Source: Nitrospirales bacterium
GTDB taxonomy: Bacteria; Nitrospirota; Nitrospiria; Nitrospirales; UBA8639
Length of the DNA: 64,000 bases
NCBI GenBank assembly: GCA_965203295.1
Contig: CBDBCZ010000019.1
Location: 512,001 to 576,000 of the forward strand
Reading direction: 5' to 3'
Position 1 is the stretch's first letter, and each line of letters starts with the position of its first letter. Below are positions 1-12,338 of this stretch, one piece after another. The position numbers and the translations under genes are program-made. A model generated the notes under the pieces. That model did no database searches. It had not been told where the DNA came from and worked only from the letters and a program-made list of their open reading frames with translations.

Positions 1-495
1 TTTCAAGACGAACTGCAGGCCCTCGAGCCTGAAAGCCTTGTCTACCTTGATGAAAGTGGCGTCGATGCAACCCTCCATCGGCCGTATGGCCGCACTCCCC
101 GGGGCACCAAAGTCATGGGAGAAGTCTCGGGCACTCGAGTCCACTGCCTCAGTCTCATTGCTGCGCTCAATGGCTCCCATCTCCTGGCCCCAATGCGGTT
201 TGAAGGCTATTGTGATACGTATGTCTTCAATACCTGGCTGGAACAGGTGTTACTCCCCGCACTTAAACCGGGACAGACGGTCATCATGGATAATGCCTCG
301 TTCCATAAATCGTCAGATACGCAGCGCCTCATCACAAGTAAAGGCTGTACATTCAAATTTCTGCCGACCTATTCTCCAGACCTCAACCCTATCGAACACC
401 ACTGGGCTATCCTCAAAGCGAGACTGAGAAAGCTGATGACTCCCCACTTATCGCTCGCTAAGGCCCTGGATCAAACATTGATGGCCTACCAATAA
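1..495 (+). CDS. IS630 DDE transposase, C-terminal part
   Basis: Frame from base 1 gives YLDESG...IMDNASFH...YSPDLNPIE, the IS630 D-D-E motifs. Confidence 0.9.
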   Translation, partial: FQDELQALEPESLVYLDESGVDATLHRPYGRTPRGTKVMGEVSGTRVHCLSLIAALNGSHLLAPMRFEGYCDTYVFNTWLEQVLLPALKPGQTVIMDNASFHKSSDTQRLITSKGCTFKFLPTYSPDLNPIEHHWAILKARLRKLMTPHLSLAKALDQTLMAYQ

Positions 496-510
496 AAAGT
501 TAATCCACTA
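1..510 (+). mobile_element. IS630-family element, right part (cut by window edge)
   Basis: Transposase frame open from base 1; probable right end ...TAATCCACTA followed by TA at 511-512. Confidence 0.85.
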
Positions 511-524
511 TAGGCCCTTCAAAT

Positions 525-2082
525 ATGTGGACTAATAACTGGGAACAGATAATGAAGAAACGGATTATGGATCGGCGTTCGCTTGTGCCAGAAAGCAGAG
601 AATACAATAAGAGCGATCATGATTCTGGGTTTCAGAATTCTTTACATGGTACCGTGGGGCGAGTGTTCATAGAGGTCACATGCACTGCTATATACGGAGG
701 AAACAGTGGGATACAGCATGTTGTAAGAAATATCGTTCATCACCATCAAACAGTGTCCGAAAAATACAAGATTGAGTGCAAACCAGTAATTTGGACAGGC
801 AATGGTTTTGCCGCTGTGCAGAAGATACGGTTCAGAAAGTCATCTGAAGTTCCAAATACCACAAAGAATTTCAGCTCTATTCGCGCTATCTGGGGAATAT
901 TCAAACCCTTGGTCAAAGTCGCGAGGCTTGGGGTTAGAGCATTTGACAAGCTGCTCATCACTCTTGAAAAGCGTATGGAGAGCAAGTGTGACAGGCTTAC
1001 GATGATAACGCATCGTTGCATGAAGGTATTCAGGTGCTCGCTACGCAGGTACAAGTTGATTCTGAAATACTACGTTCTTTATCCAGAGCTGCTTCTTCAG
1101 AGAAGCGTCCACATGCAGACAGGCGATCTCCTTCTTCTGCCCGATGCCTCATGGCACGTGCCCTTTTGGCGTGAGATTAGGTAAGGCCAAAGATAATGGA
1201 GCCAAGATGGCATTTGTTTTACATGACCTTATACCGATTAATGCACCGCAATTCTGTGATCCTGAGCATGTTCGTTGTTTTTCAGAATGGCTTACAAGCG
1301 TAATCGAAGTCGCTGACTACTGCGTCGCAAACTCAAACTCAACGAAAGAGGAGTTTCGCCAATACCTAGGACGTCATACCACCACATATCATAGAGGCTA
1401 TCCTCTTAAGTTGGCATCTTTCCAGTTAGGCGCAGAGTTAGATCTCAGCACGGAGAAAGAAGACATAAGAGACAATGTGAGAGATGTCTTTGACAGCTTT
1501 GGGAGAATTAGACCGTACGTCGTGGTTTTTACAATTGAACCTCGAAAGAATCATAGGTATCTCTTGGACGCATTTGATCTGGTGTGGTCTACAGGAATAG
1601 AGGCCAACCTGTGCATTATCGGCAAAATTTGATGGCTTTGCGAGGGAATTGTAGGACGAATACGTATACACCCACTGTGGCAGAAATCGCTCTTCATGCT
1701 GAATGATGTCAACGGTAAAGAGTTGCAGTTTATTTATAGTCATGCAAAAATATTAATTTCTACGTCGATGTACGAAGTGTTTGGACTCCAGATTGTCGAG
1801 GCTCTGAACCGGAAACTACTTGTGATGGCCAGTGATATCCCAGCTCATAGAGAAGTCGGAGGAAACTATTGCCTTTATTTTGACATGGAATCTCCTGAAC
1901 GCTTAGCCAAGTTGGTTGTAGACTTAGAATCCGAAAATCGACTTCCATCGCATGCCTCCTCCGAAGACTTTCATTGGTTGACGTGGGAGGAGAGCTGCGC
2001 AGAGCTCTTCGAGAAAATCATTGATTTGACAAGCGAAGAATGTGAAGCAGTCAGTGGCTTAAGAAGATCAGGGAAAGGGTGA
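525..2082 (+). pseudogene. GT4 glycosyltransferase, disrupted
   Basis: Three pieces 525-1184, 1144-1632 and 1696-2082; motifs SGIQHVVR, HDLIP, TIEPRKNH and EVFGLQIVEA (degenerate EGFGLP); frameshift near 1180 and in-frame TGA at 1630-1632. Confidence 0.88.
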
Positions 2083-2211
2083 GCATGCGAGCTCTTTATT
2101 CGTCTTACAGAGTGGGTGAATCAATACAGTGGTCTTACCAAGACTGTCGTGTGATCCAAAGGAGGTGGAAAGAGCCTCGTTAAGATTGATCTTAACGTTC
2201 GGCGCTTCGAT

Positions 2212-3351
2212 ATGATCGCGATTAATGCGGCAATACTCAATGCTGAGCCAACCGGCTTAGGCGTTTTCGTGAAAGAGATTGCTGTCCATATCAGCAAGCA
2301 GGAAAAGAATGTTGTGATTTTCACTTCCTTTCCGGACCACTTTCCTCAGCGCACCGTTTACGCTGCACCCAAATGGGTCCGTACAGAATGCAGTTCGCTT
2401 TTAGGTGGGCTGTTAAGATTTTTGTGGAATCAGATAGCTCTACCTTGGCTCCTGTGGCGAAAAAGGGCTCAAGTTCTGTTGAGTCCAAACCATGAGATAA
2501 TTTTCTTGTGTCCATGTGCTCAGGTCGCGGTGATTTATGATCTTATTCCGTTGCTCTATCCGGAGAACTATCCAAGGCTACGATATTACTTCCGTTTCCT
2601 GCTACCTTGGGCGCTGAATAGGGTTGCCCTTATTGTTGCTGGCTCTGAAAATACAAAGAGAGATCTCGTCATGCATTACGGAGTATCTCCTTCCAAGATC
2701 ATCGTTATTTATCCTGGAGTCGACAAGGCTGAATTTCACCCATTTGTTATTCGCTCCTCGTTTTCATCCCCATCTCCGTACATCCTTTATGTAGGAAGCC
2801 ACTATGGTTACAAAAATCTGGCTCGCCTGTTGGAAGCTTATTCAAGGCTTGTAGCGCAAGGCTTTCCACATATGCTCGTTATCGCAGGGAGGAAAGATCC
2901 GCGGTACTCACCTCATTTAGAAAGTACAGTACGCTCACTTGGCCTGGATTTGCATGTCAGTTTCACAGGATATATCTCACGGACGGACCTTGCCCCCCTT
3001 TATGCGCAGGCAGACCTCTTTGTGTTTCCTTCTCTCTATGAAGGTTTCGGGCTGCCGGTCATCGAAGCCATGTCGTGTGGATGTCCTGTCGTCGCTTCCA
3101 ATGTGTCATCCCTACCTGAAGTCTGTGGACTTGCAGGCAGATACTTTGATCCGACTGACGTTTCCGACATGCATAGGACCATCGCGACAGTTCTCAGCGA
3201 ATCCGAGCTTCGGTCCAAGATGGTTGAATTTGGATATGAACACGCTCAGCAGTTTAGCTGGGAGGAAACAGCAGCTCTGTACCTTAAGACGTTATCCGGT
3301 GTTTGTGCTGACTTCTATCCCACGATTCAGTCAACAGAACAGAATAGCTAG
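2212..3351 (+). CDS. GT4 (group 1) glycosyltransferase
   Basis: YDLIP, YVGSHYGYKN and FVFPSLYEGFGLPVIEAMSCG motifs; intact 379 aa. Confidence 0.93.
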   Translation: MIAINAAILNAEPTGLGVFVKEIAVHISKQEKNVVIFTSFPDHFPQRTVYAAPKWVRTECSSLLGGLLRFLWNQIALPWLLWRKRAQVLLSPNHEIIFLCPCAQVAVIYDLIPLLYPENYPRLRYYFRFLLPWALNRVALIVAGSENTKRDLVMHYGVSPSKIIVIYPGVDKAEFHPFVIRSSFSSPSPYILYVGSHYGYKNLARLLEAYSRLVAQGFPHMLVIAGRKDPRYSPHLESTVRSLGLDLHVSFTGYISRTDLAPLYAQADLFVFPSLYEGFGLPVIEAMSCGCPVVASNVSSLPEVCGLAGRYFDPTDVSDMHRTIATVLSESELRSKMVEFGYEHAQQFSWEETAALYLKTLSGVCADFYPTIQSTEQNS

Positions 3352-3368
3352 AAATACTTTCTGAATCG

Positions 3369-3397
3369 GGCTAGTTGACAAGGGATTTCAACTAGCC
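3369..3397. terminator. Stem-loop after GT4 gene (possible terminator)
   Basis: GGCTAGTTGA-N9-TCAACTAGCC perfect 10-bp stem; poly-U tail weak. Confidence 0.4.
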
Positions 3398-3462
3398 GTT
3401 GGGGGTGACGCTAGGCAATTCGCGCATTTTGCCTTGCGCTCGTAGTCATAGCAGCCGATACT

Positions 3463-3818
3463 TGTATCGGCTCCCCTAAGTTGAGTCCCTCCGTAAGACA
3501 TAGTCCAATAGCGGACTAAGGAGGTGGACATGACAAACGAGACTCCCGATTCCATTCAACAGTGGACGATCAAACGCCGTGTGGGGCTGGTCGTCAACAT
3601 CCTCAAGGGTGACACCTCGATGGCCGAAGCTGCTTGCCGGCATGGGCGGACCGAGGGGGAAGTGGAAGACTGGCGGGATCGCTTTCTCCTGGGTGCCGAG
3701 AATGCCATGCTGGCGCGTCTGCAGGATGAGGAGGCGCTCAAGGAGGCAAGCTCAAACAGAAGATCGTGGATTTGGTCCTCGACAATGACATCGTACGGGA
3801 GGCGCTGAAACTGTACCT
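3463..3818 (+). mobile_element. IS3-family remnant (left end plus orfA)
   Basis: Starts TGTATCGGCTCCCC; ORF 3524-3808 is HTH orfA-like (EVEDWRDRFLLGAENA); homologous to ~13960-14246 on the opposite strand. Confidence 0.75.
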
Positions 3819-5804
3819 TTAATCAATTTTTTTAATTATTATCGAATGAATCGCCACGTGGTTCGATGTGCTCACGTAGTTTCGAATTTGGATTGACTCC
3901 ATGCTGTACGCTTCTCCAAGCTCGAAAGACCCGGTGACTATCTCCTTATCGTCATTCGTTCCCATGAGTTCCCCTCGCGACAGCTCTATTGGTCTGTCTG
4001 ATAAAAAGATCACGACATCCCAAAAACCGACAGGTTTTTTAGTTGCTGCACCACTACTGTATACTGTATGAAATACTGAAGCGATATGTGCCAGCTGGAA
4101 TACGCTCGTATGGCCCATAAGAAAGAAACCCAGACTTCGAGCCGATGGGGGTTCTCATCTCGCAATCATTGGTCTGTTCGCCTATGACGGTTGGAAGTTC
4201 GCATGCGAGCCAGGTGTATTGGTCGCCAGCTTTTCGTATTTTTATCTTTTCTGTGAGAAGCTTTACCTTACCAGGCCCATATATTAAAAGGGTCGCATTA
4301 TTAGCGCATTCATATACTCTCTTAGGCTTTCCATTAATTCTTTCGATTATTTGTCGACTGACCATGTGGAAGTCTGGTTGACCATGGGGCACAACAGCAA
4401 AATCATACGTGTCCCTAAAGATATCTTTGCTCATTGTATGGGTAAATGGCGAAAGTGATTTCGAAGCTGGAACTAATTGTATGTCAAGATCTGAAAACTC
4501 ATTTGTTAGCCTAGCGTGCCAGTAACTCGCAATCCCATATCGTACTTTTAAACCGCTCTCTTGTGTATATTCTGAGATCTTTTGGTCAATGCATTGAACG
4601 ATTGAGGGCTTGTACTCTAGTTCGTAGTCTGCCGGGGGATTAGCATCAACAATGGCATAACACACCATTATGGAAAAGGTTAGGATGATGATCAGGTGTT
4701 TGAAACGAGTATCGATGAATCTTGACAGTGAAAACCAGCAAAAGAGAATTGGAAGCCAGAAGAAATTTAGAAAATATCTCGTCGACCATGAATAATCTCC
4801 TTCTATCAGCACGCCATTGACAATAAGAGCAGCAAAAGTGATCAGTGGTGATAGGGCAATTGTGAACGCGAGTAGTTTTTCTCTAGATGAGATATTGTCT
4901 TTTCTCAGGTTGAAGACCTGATGTCATACAGAAGTAAGACATAATAGAGACAAATGAAAACAGAGACGGCTGTCGCGTCTCGAGCGAATGCGTAAAGCAT
5001 GTCGATAAGGATGGTGGTCTGTTCAATTATTTGAATTGGTTTTTTGAGAATATAAGGAGATATAGTGTTTTCTGTTATTGCTAACTTGAAGGCAATACCA
5101 GCTATAACTCCTCCTGTAATTAGACCTATATTCTTGATGTGTTGAACATTCCTTGAGGTTTCCAAAATATATACTATTAAAGAGGAGACTATTAGTGGTG
5201 ATGCGAAAGAGACCAGAAATAGTAAATCTGAAGCTGCGCCCAAGAACGACATTGTGATGACGAGAAAAGACCAAGAAATATGATTACCTACTGAATTATT
5301 TAACACCATAATTATTGCATAAATAAGGAGTATCCCATTAATTATGATTCAAAAATGATATGCGCTGAATAGTGAAAATATAAATGGAGATGTGTTACGT
5401 GTCGTATAAAATATGGTGATCGCCAAAAATACAGTTGCTAAAAGAATTAGGGATCTTGTGCCCTTAATTGTGACTGTTGAAATTGCACAAGCTAGAAAAA
5501 AAGCAAGGAGGTTTTGAAGCAGCGCGAAGGCATAGAATGTATAATAGTTGTCTTCTATCAATGCCCGTAATCCAAAAAACAAAACCATGTCTGGGAAAAA
5601 GCTTGGTGCTGACGGAAGAGACCATGACTCGAAATGACCGGAGTTTAGAATAAGATCAGTATAGAGTGATGAAAAAGTCAGGGAATCGCTGTTGAAGAGC
5701 GCTTCCATACTTATTTGGTTTGTGAAGTACGCGTTTGTTATTGTAAGGGAAAGAATAACAACAGTAATTATTATTACGTATATTTGCATAGTCATGCTAT
5801 TCAA
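3819..5804 (-). pseudogene. Polytopic membrane protein, possible GT-C/Gtr-type glycosyltransferase, paralog A
   Basis: Pieces 5349-5804, 4905-5309, 4054-4812 and 3819-4118 are colinear with paralog B (FFPDM, GAASDLLFLVSF, GIAxYWxARL); TGA at 5349, frameshift ~4925, 7-bp duplication 4056-4069. GT-C function is inference. Confidence 0.75.
3967..4263 (-). repeat. 297-bp perfect inverted repeat, copy 1
   Basis: Reverse complement reads identical to 15887-16183. Confidence 0.95.
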
Positions 5805-5810
5805 GATTTA

Positions 5811-6704
5811 TAGTCATTCCAATTAATTTCCATGTTATGTATACTGCTGGCCACTATGGCCAGCAGTATCTACTTGCGAAAACGGGTGGTTGAGTTTGTC
5901 AAGGAAGGAGGCAGGAAGGCGGAGGCAGCTCGGCGATTTCGCGTGAGTGGTTGGTGCGTCCATGATTGGTGCGGTCGCTCCGACCTGGCCCCCAGGCCGC
6001 ATGGCCCCCGGCGACGGAAGCTTGATCGCGCTGCCCTGCGGCAGCATATCGCCCATCATCCCGATGCCACCTTGAAGGAACGGGCCCACCACTTCGGGGT
6101 GGCCATCAATGCCATCTGATATACTCTCCAGCAGTTGAAGGTGACGCATAAAAAAAATCTGCGGTACGCTGAGCGGGATCCGACGAAGCGAGGGGCCTAT
6201 CTCCAACGGCTCCGGCACATCCTCACGACCCAGGGGGTAGCCAAGGTGGTCTATCTGGATGAAAGTGGGTTTGAGCGCACCGCCTACCGGCCTCATGGGG
6301 GGGCATGCAAAGGACACCAAGTCGCCGGGCAACGGAGTGGCAACACGCGGCCACGCACCAGCTTGCTGGCCGGGAAATGTGGGACGCGATTGGTGGCGCC
6401 CGTGCTGTTTGAGGGGAGTACCAATGTGGAGTGGTTCAATGCCTGGCTGGAGCAGCATCTCTTTAAGGAGCTTGCCACCGACTCGATCCTCATCATGGAT
6501 AATGCGGCCTTTCATAAAACGTCGAGGACCCGAGAATTGATCCACAAGGCTGGTCACACCCTGCTCTTTCTGCCCCTATATTCCCCTGACTTCAATCCCA
6601 TTGAACAGGATTTTGCGACAATTAAGAAACGGCGCCGATACGCCCCACCGGATACCCCGCTCGATAACATTATTCGATCATATGGAATTTAATTGGAATG
6701 ACTA
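5811..6704 (+). mobile_element. Complete IS630-family element (894 bp)
   Basis: 23-bp TIRs TAGTCATTCCAATTAA(T/A)TTCCAT with 1 mismatch; TA target duplication at 5809-5810 and 6705-6706. Confidence 0.95.
5856..6692 (+). pseudogene. IS630 transposase with in-frame TGA
   Basis: HTH N-terminus and YLDESG/IMDNAAFH/SPDFNPIE in one frame; TGA at 6117-6119. Confidence 0.9.
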
Positions 6705-6823
6705 TAGTTGACCTCTCCCCAGAAACTGGGCTATGAATTGTGAGAAAAGGTTGTCGCACTTTGTTCTTCTGCCTGGCTCAGTTTTCTGTGAGAGTGTCAC
6801 GAATGGCGACCGATCTCCATCCT

Positions 6824-7715
6824 TAGTGTAGTGTCCACGAAATAACTGGACAGTCATTTCTTCCGTTTTCTGCCCCGTGGGCTGGTGCAGCCGGGCTGAA
6901 TCTGCTCCAACGTTCGTCGGCAGCGCGAGAGTTTCTGGAGAATCGAGTCGACCGTCGCCGTCCAGATGAACGATTGCGGCTCCGTATTCCACGCCGTCAG
7001 GAATGCATCGATGCAGGCCTTCAAGTCTTCCACGCTGCCAAAGGCCCCCCGACGGATCGCCTTCGCGCTCAGTTCGCCAAACCATCGCTCGACCAGGTTC
7101 AGCCAACTGGAGCTGGTCAGGACAAAGTGGGGAACGAAGTGAGGGTGGCGCGTGAACCAAGCCCGCACGTTCTCGTGCTTATGCGTCCCATAATTATCCA
7201 TGATGACATGCAGCGGGAGATCGCCGGGGAACGCCTTGTCGAGAGTGCGCAAGAACTTGAGGAATTCCTGATGCCGATGCCGTTGATAGCATTGGCCGAT
7301 CACCTTTGCCTTGTAAGAGCTCCAACGCGGCAAAAAGCGTCGTCGTGCCATGGCGCTTGTAGTCATGGGTCATAGTCCCGAACCGGCCCTTCTTGAGCGG
7401 CAAGCCCGGTTACGTCCGATCTAACGCCTGAATCTGACTCTTCTCGTCCACACACAACACAATGGCCTGTTGTGGAGGATTCAGATACAGCCCGACGAGG
7501 TTGGTGAGTTTTTCCAGGAACTTCGGATCACGGGACAGCTTGAAGGTTTCTACCCGGTGGGGCTTCAGATGGTGGGCCTGCCAGATCATGTTGATGGTAG
7601 ACTTACTGACTCCCTGGCTCTTGGCCATCGTCCGGCAACTCCACTGCGTCATCCCGTCCGGCTTGGTGTGCAAGGTGGCCTCCACAATGCCGAAGCTGCT
7701 GTTGCTCGGAAGGCG
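6824..7715 (-). mobile_element. IS630-family element, 5'-truncated and frameshifted
   Basis: Pieces with [38 protein letters not shown] and SSWLNLVERWF; boundaries approximate. Confidence 0.88.
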
Positions 7716-7760
7716 AAAGTTCGCAGGAGGGAGCCATATCCGAGCATACAATACATAAAA

Positions 7761-10349
7761 CTACTTGTTATGAGCTTCCTTGAGATCCATGGTCGAGTTC
7801 AGAATGGAGCTGAGTCTTCTGTTGCCGTAGATTCTGATGCCGAAAATACAGCGTCGACCGCGTAAATGGGGCGACGCTTCGCCTCGACGACCATACCCCC
7901 AATATTCCCCCAAAATGCCTAGAGACAAACGTTGTAGGCCCCCAAAGAAAAGAATGGCAACCATCAAGGACGCATAACCAGGCAATTCGATACCCAGCAC
8001 GAAAACCCGCCCAATGATGAATGAGCCTTACAGAAATGCAAGTCCTGCAGTAATACCACCAACGTAGCTCCAGACGCGCAAGGGCATGGTAGAAAAGCTC
8101 ACCAATCCATCGAGAGCAAAATTCCACAGACGCCAATAGTTCCAATTCGTTTGCCCAGCTAAGCATCGACCGCGTTCGAAGGGGATACCAATGGAACGAA
8201 AACCCACCCAGGCAAACAACCCTTTCATAAATCGATTACGCTCAGGTAAAAGCTTGAGAACCTCAACCACCTTACGATCCATCAGACGGTAGTCCCATGC
8301 ATCGGTCGGAATGCGAATTCCCAATACTTTGTTAAACCCGGATTCCGCAATAGGTTTTTAACGGTGTAGAATAGGTCGCTCATTTATTCTTCTTTCTCAA
8401 GGAGTTACGATGAAACGCCCGAAGACCACGGCTTCACCACTCTACCCCAAAATTCGCTTCGCCTTCACCGACCATCCGATTACCGTCTGGGCGGGGGCCA
8501 TTTTGCTGCGTCTGTACGTGGAACTCATCGGGCTGCGGGCGAGTCTCCAGACGACCCTGGCCCCGTTTGCGAAATGCTCGAACAATCAGATCCCCGCGCC
8601 GGATGTGCTGCTGGCGTGGTTCTACGGTCTGGCCTTGGGGGTCGAACGGTTTGCTCATTTCACGCGGTATCGCCGCGATCCCTTGCTGCCTCGGCTCCTC
8701 GGCCTGTCGCACTTCCCCTCGCCCGATACGCTTCGGCGCTTCTTTCTCGCCTTCACCTATGCCCGACTCACCCCGGTTTCCGAAACGTTGATGCGCCAGA
8801 GCTTGGAATGGATGCCGCGGATCGCCCTGGGGAATACGCTCGACTTGGACTCCACGGTCTTCTGTCGATACGGGAGCCAAGAGGGGAATCAGATCGGCTA
8901 CAATCCGCAGAAACGGGGCCGGCCCTCGCATCATCCCTTGGTGGCCTTCCTGAGTGAAGCCCGTCGTCTCGTGTGGGCCAGGCTCCGCGCGTGGCAAGCC
9001 GGCACGGCCAACGGCTGTGTCGAGTTTCTCCGGCAGACGCTCATGATTCTGCCCCCCGGCCAGCGAGTTGCGTTGGTCTGGGCCGACGCGGGGTTTTTGT
9101 CACCCGGTTCCTGACCTTTCTGGAAAGCCTGGAGCTCCCCTATATCATCATGGCCCGCCTGACGCCGCCCCTCCGGAGGGTGGTCCTTCATGCCCTCCCC
9201 GAGACCGCGTGGCGGCGGGTGAGCAAAGGGATTGATGTGGCGGAATGTCCCACGACCGTGCCGATCTGGCGCGGTCAGCCGCGCCGGTTTGTCTGCCTGC
9301 GGCAAGCATTGCGGGAGCGGCCTCACGCAGCAGGCCGACGCCTGCTCGAGTGTCCAGGCTATACCTATCAAGTGATGGTCACCAGTCTCCCCTATGCCGT
9401 CGAGCTCGTGTGCCGCACGTACGCGGGCCGGGCCGACAGTGAAAATCGGATCAAGGAGCTCAAAGAGGATCTCTCCCTCCATACGTTTTGTCTCCAGCAC
9501 TTTGATGCCATGGATGCGGCTTTCCGTCTGGGCTGTGTAGGCTACAATCTGCTGGCGGGCTTTCGGGAGACGATGTTGCCGAGCTGTTGGTTCGAACGCC
9601 GACTGCGGGCCGTCCGCGATTGGGTATTCCTGGTCGGGGCCGATTTGATTCCCCGAGGCCGTCGCCTCCAGATCCGGTTGGCCGTGCCCCGCGAAGAGCG
9701 GCCGGAGTTTTTGACTCGTCTCCGCACCCTGTCGGAGGGGCTCCCGATTGCGGCGCAGTTGGACTGGACGTTAACGGACGAGGAGAGCCCCCCAGACGCG
9801 CCTCGTCGTGATCCCGGCTCCCCGCATTTTTCGCCCCTCGAGCCCCTCGCTTCCTTCGCTCATCCCCCACCGTAACCATTTTCTACTGCTGAATCCGGGT
9901 TAAACAGCCAATAGAAAATACCGGCAGTGGCTCGTTTCGCAAACATGTCGGCAGATCGTCGACTTCGCACGCCGTATACATCGTATCCCTCATGCCATTT
10001 TTCCAGAAATTGTGGTAGGAGATCTTGAGGATCCTGAAGGTCTATGTCCATGATCACCATGGCATCACCATGACCATGATCTAGACCGGCTGTCAACGAC
10101 GCCTCTTTGCCGAAGTTGCGAGAGAGGTTGATAACGCGAATCTGTGTTGACATAGCACTGCAGCGTCTCCAGACTGCCGTCGCTGCTGCCATCATTCACC
10201 ACGATGATCTCTGTACGAACATCCAAACTGTCCCTCACAGCCAGGGTCGCTTCAAAAAACGGCTTGATGGCTTCGACTTCGTTGTAAACCGGAACGATGA
10301 TCGACAGCAGCGGAACAGCAGGACTTGCTCTCGTTGTCCCTAAATCCAT
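7761..10349 (-). pseudogene. GT2 GtrB/YfdH-like polyprenol-phosphate glycosyltransferase, split by IS1380 and frameshifts
   Basis: IIVPVYNE, NDGSSD, LSRNFGKEA, DIDLQDP and RNRFMKGLFAWVGF; removing the IS restores YWLFNKVLGIRIP. Confidence 0.9.
8337..9899 (+). mobile_element. IS1380-family element with frameshifted transposase (8410-9875)
   Basis: TIRs CCCGGATTC(C/A)GCA(A/G)TAG; TTAAA duplication at 8332-8336 and 9900-9904; LDLDST, ADAGF and YAGRADSENRIKELK motifs; 1-nt loss in T-run near 9095. Confidence 0.93.
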
Positions 10350-10529
10350 GTTGAAGCTTCCATTTACAAGAAAGCTTTGTCTCTTAACTGACCAAGTTAG
10401 TAAGGCTTGAGATCTCGCATCTCATCCACTCACGGTGAGAGTAGGACGAGAACAATTCCGCTCCCTGCATCTTTTCCCTTGGGCACTCAATACACTTTAG
10501 GTAAGAACCAATGCCCTTCACGTTATGAC

Positions 10530-11165
10530 TCACGCCTCGGCAACATAGTATTGGGTCCACAAGAGCCAGTCAAACAGACTTTCTCGAGTTTTTGTTTCCA
10601 GCCTCTGTTCTAACCGTAGACCAAATTGGCCAATAAATTCTGCCACCAACGGCAAATACAGTCCAGAGCTAAATCGTTCGAGAATGCAAAATCTGGCTTG
10701 AGTGAGCTGAGTCTGTACTTGACCACTCGTCATCAGATTGATGTGACCTGTTTTTCGTATCGGTTCACGGTAGATTTGTCTTACGAGCCATATAACCCCA
10801 GGCAGAAAGGCAATTTTGGCAAGAACTTCAAGTGGACTCCACCTTTGGGGTGTAGATAGAATCAACGTGCCGCCGCGTCTGAGAAGGCGATGCATCTCCA
10901 TAAAAACCCGTGGTGAATCAGCGATATGTTCGACTACTTCACTAGATAATATCAGGTCAAAGCTTCCTTCTGGCAGTTTGGAATTGGTGATATCATCAGC
11001 GATCACAGCGACATTCGGAAATTTCTTCGCTATAGATTCTGCTTGACGCAAATACCCGGGCTCAACATCAACGGCTGTAACTTTCTCGAACAACTCGGCT
11101 AAGAGAGGTAAATAAATGCCTGATCCAGGACCGACTTCTAGTGCCTTAGAAGTGGAGGCTCCCAA
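10530..11165 (-). CDS. Class I SAM-dependent methyltransferase (N-terminus probably eroded)
   Basis: LEVGPGSG, DLILSSEVVEHI and GGTLILSTP motifs; in-frame stops just upstream. Confidence 0.8.
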   Translation of the reverse strand: MGASTSKALEVGPGSGIYLPLLAELFEKVTAVDVEPGYLRQAESIAKKFPNVAVIADDITNSKLPEGSFDLILSSEVVEHIADSPRVFMEMHRLLRRGGTLILSTPQRWSPLEVLAKIAFLPGVIWLVRQIYREPIRKTGHINLMTSGQVQTQLTQARFCILERFSSGLYLPLVAEFIGQFGLRLEQRLETKTRESLFDWLLWTQYYVAEA

Positions 11166-11339
11166 GATTCATTTCTATGCTCTCAGAAGACAAGACCCAA
11201 TGAACCAGCCGTTACTGAATCAGGTGCATTATGGACTCAAAAGAATGTAGCTTGGGAGGCGACATCGAAGCATTAACAATTCTTCTACCGCGATTTGATG
11301 TGAAGCCAACGTGCTGACACTTATCCTATCATGTATAAG

Positions 11340-12338
11340 TTATTCCAGTTCCTCCCCTCGATACAGAGCCTTGTTTTCAAATGAATCGATTGTTTTGGAA
11401 ATGATATACCGTGGTCGTCCTTTGACCTCATCGTATATTCTTCCGATGTACACACCAATAATGCCGAGGCTGATCATTGCTAAGCCTCCGATCATGAGCT
11501 GAAGGATGATTACGGTTGTAAAACCGCTGGTTGCCTGGCCCATAAGCTTTAGATAGAGAGCCTGGGTACCGAGGACTACGCTAAAAATGAAAAACAGAAG
11601 GCCGAATAGGTTTACGAACCCCAGCGGCAGGGAGGAAAACGCTGACAACCCCGTAACTGCGAATTTCATCAAACTAAAAGTTGTCCAGCGTGATAGCCCT
11701 CCAACTCGATTTGAGACAACGAAGGGCACTTGAGCACGCTTGAAACCCAGCCAGGCTATCATACCCCGAAAGAAAAGGTTCCGTTCGCCCATCTTGAGCC
11801 AGGCTTCTCGAACCTTTCGATCAATCAGCTTGTAATCAGAAGAATTTTTGAGGTCGAAACCCGATAGTTTCTTCAGGGTCGCGTAAAAGAGCTTACTGCC
11901 GATCGTAGAAAAGAGGGTTTCCTTTCCACGGTGAGCCTTGATTGCCTCGACAATGTTGACATTTAATTCCCTCCAACTTCTGACCATATCTGGAATCAAG
12001 TTAGGAGGGTGCTGCAAATCTGCATCAAGTACAATTATCGCCTCTCCACGTGCCGAGTCGAGCCCTGCGCAAACAGCTGCTTCCTTCCCGAAATTCCGGC
12101 TGAGCTGTACAGCCCGAAGCGTGGAATACACCTTAACCTGCTGTCGGACAACGGACCAGGTATCGTCAGTTGAACCATCATCTATGAGGATGATCTCATA
12201 CGAAGCGTTCGTCAACAGAAGCTGGTCTTGAAGGATTGAAAGGAACTCGCGAAGGTGCACGCCTTCCTGGTAGACAGGAATCACCACCGAAAGTGTGACG
12301 GGCGAGCAGCTCCCCATGGTTTCACAAAGGCTTGACAA
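11340..12338 (-). CDS. GT2 GtrB/ArnC-like polyprenol-phosphate glycosyltransferase
   Basis: VVIPVYQE, DDGSTD, LSRNFGKEAA, DADLQHPP, two C-terminal TM helices, YIGRIYDEVKGRPRY; true start may be ATG 12317. Confidence 0.92.
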   Translation of the reverse strand: MSSLCETMGSCSPVTLSVVIPVYQEGVHLREFLSILQDQLLLTNASYEIILIDDGSTDDTWSVVRQQVKVYSTLRAVQLSRNFGKEAAVCAGLDSARGEAIIVLDADLQHPPNLIPDMVRSWRELNVNIVEAIKAHRGKETLFSTIGSKLFYATLKKLSGFDLKNSSDYKLIDRKVREAWLKMGERNLFFRGMIAWLGFKRAQVPFVVSNRVGGLSRWTTFSLMKFAVTGLSAFSSLPLGFVNLFGLLFFIFSVVLGTQALYLKLMGQATSGFTTVIILQLMIGGLAMISLGIIGVYIGRIYDEVKGRPRYIISKTIDSFENKALYRGEELE

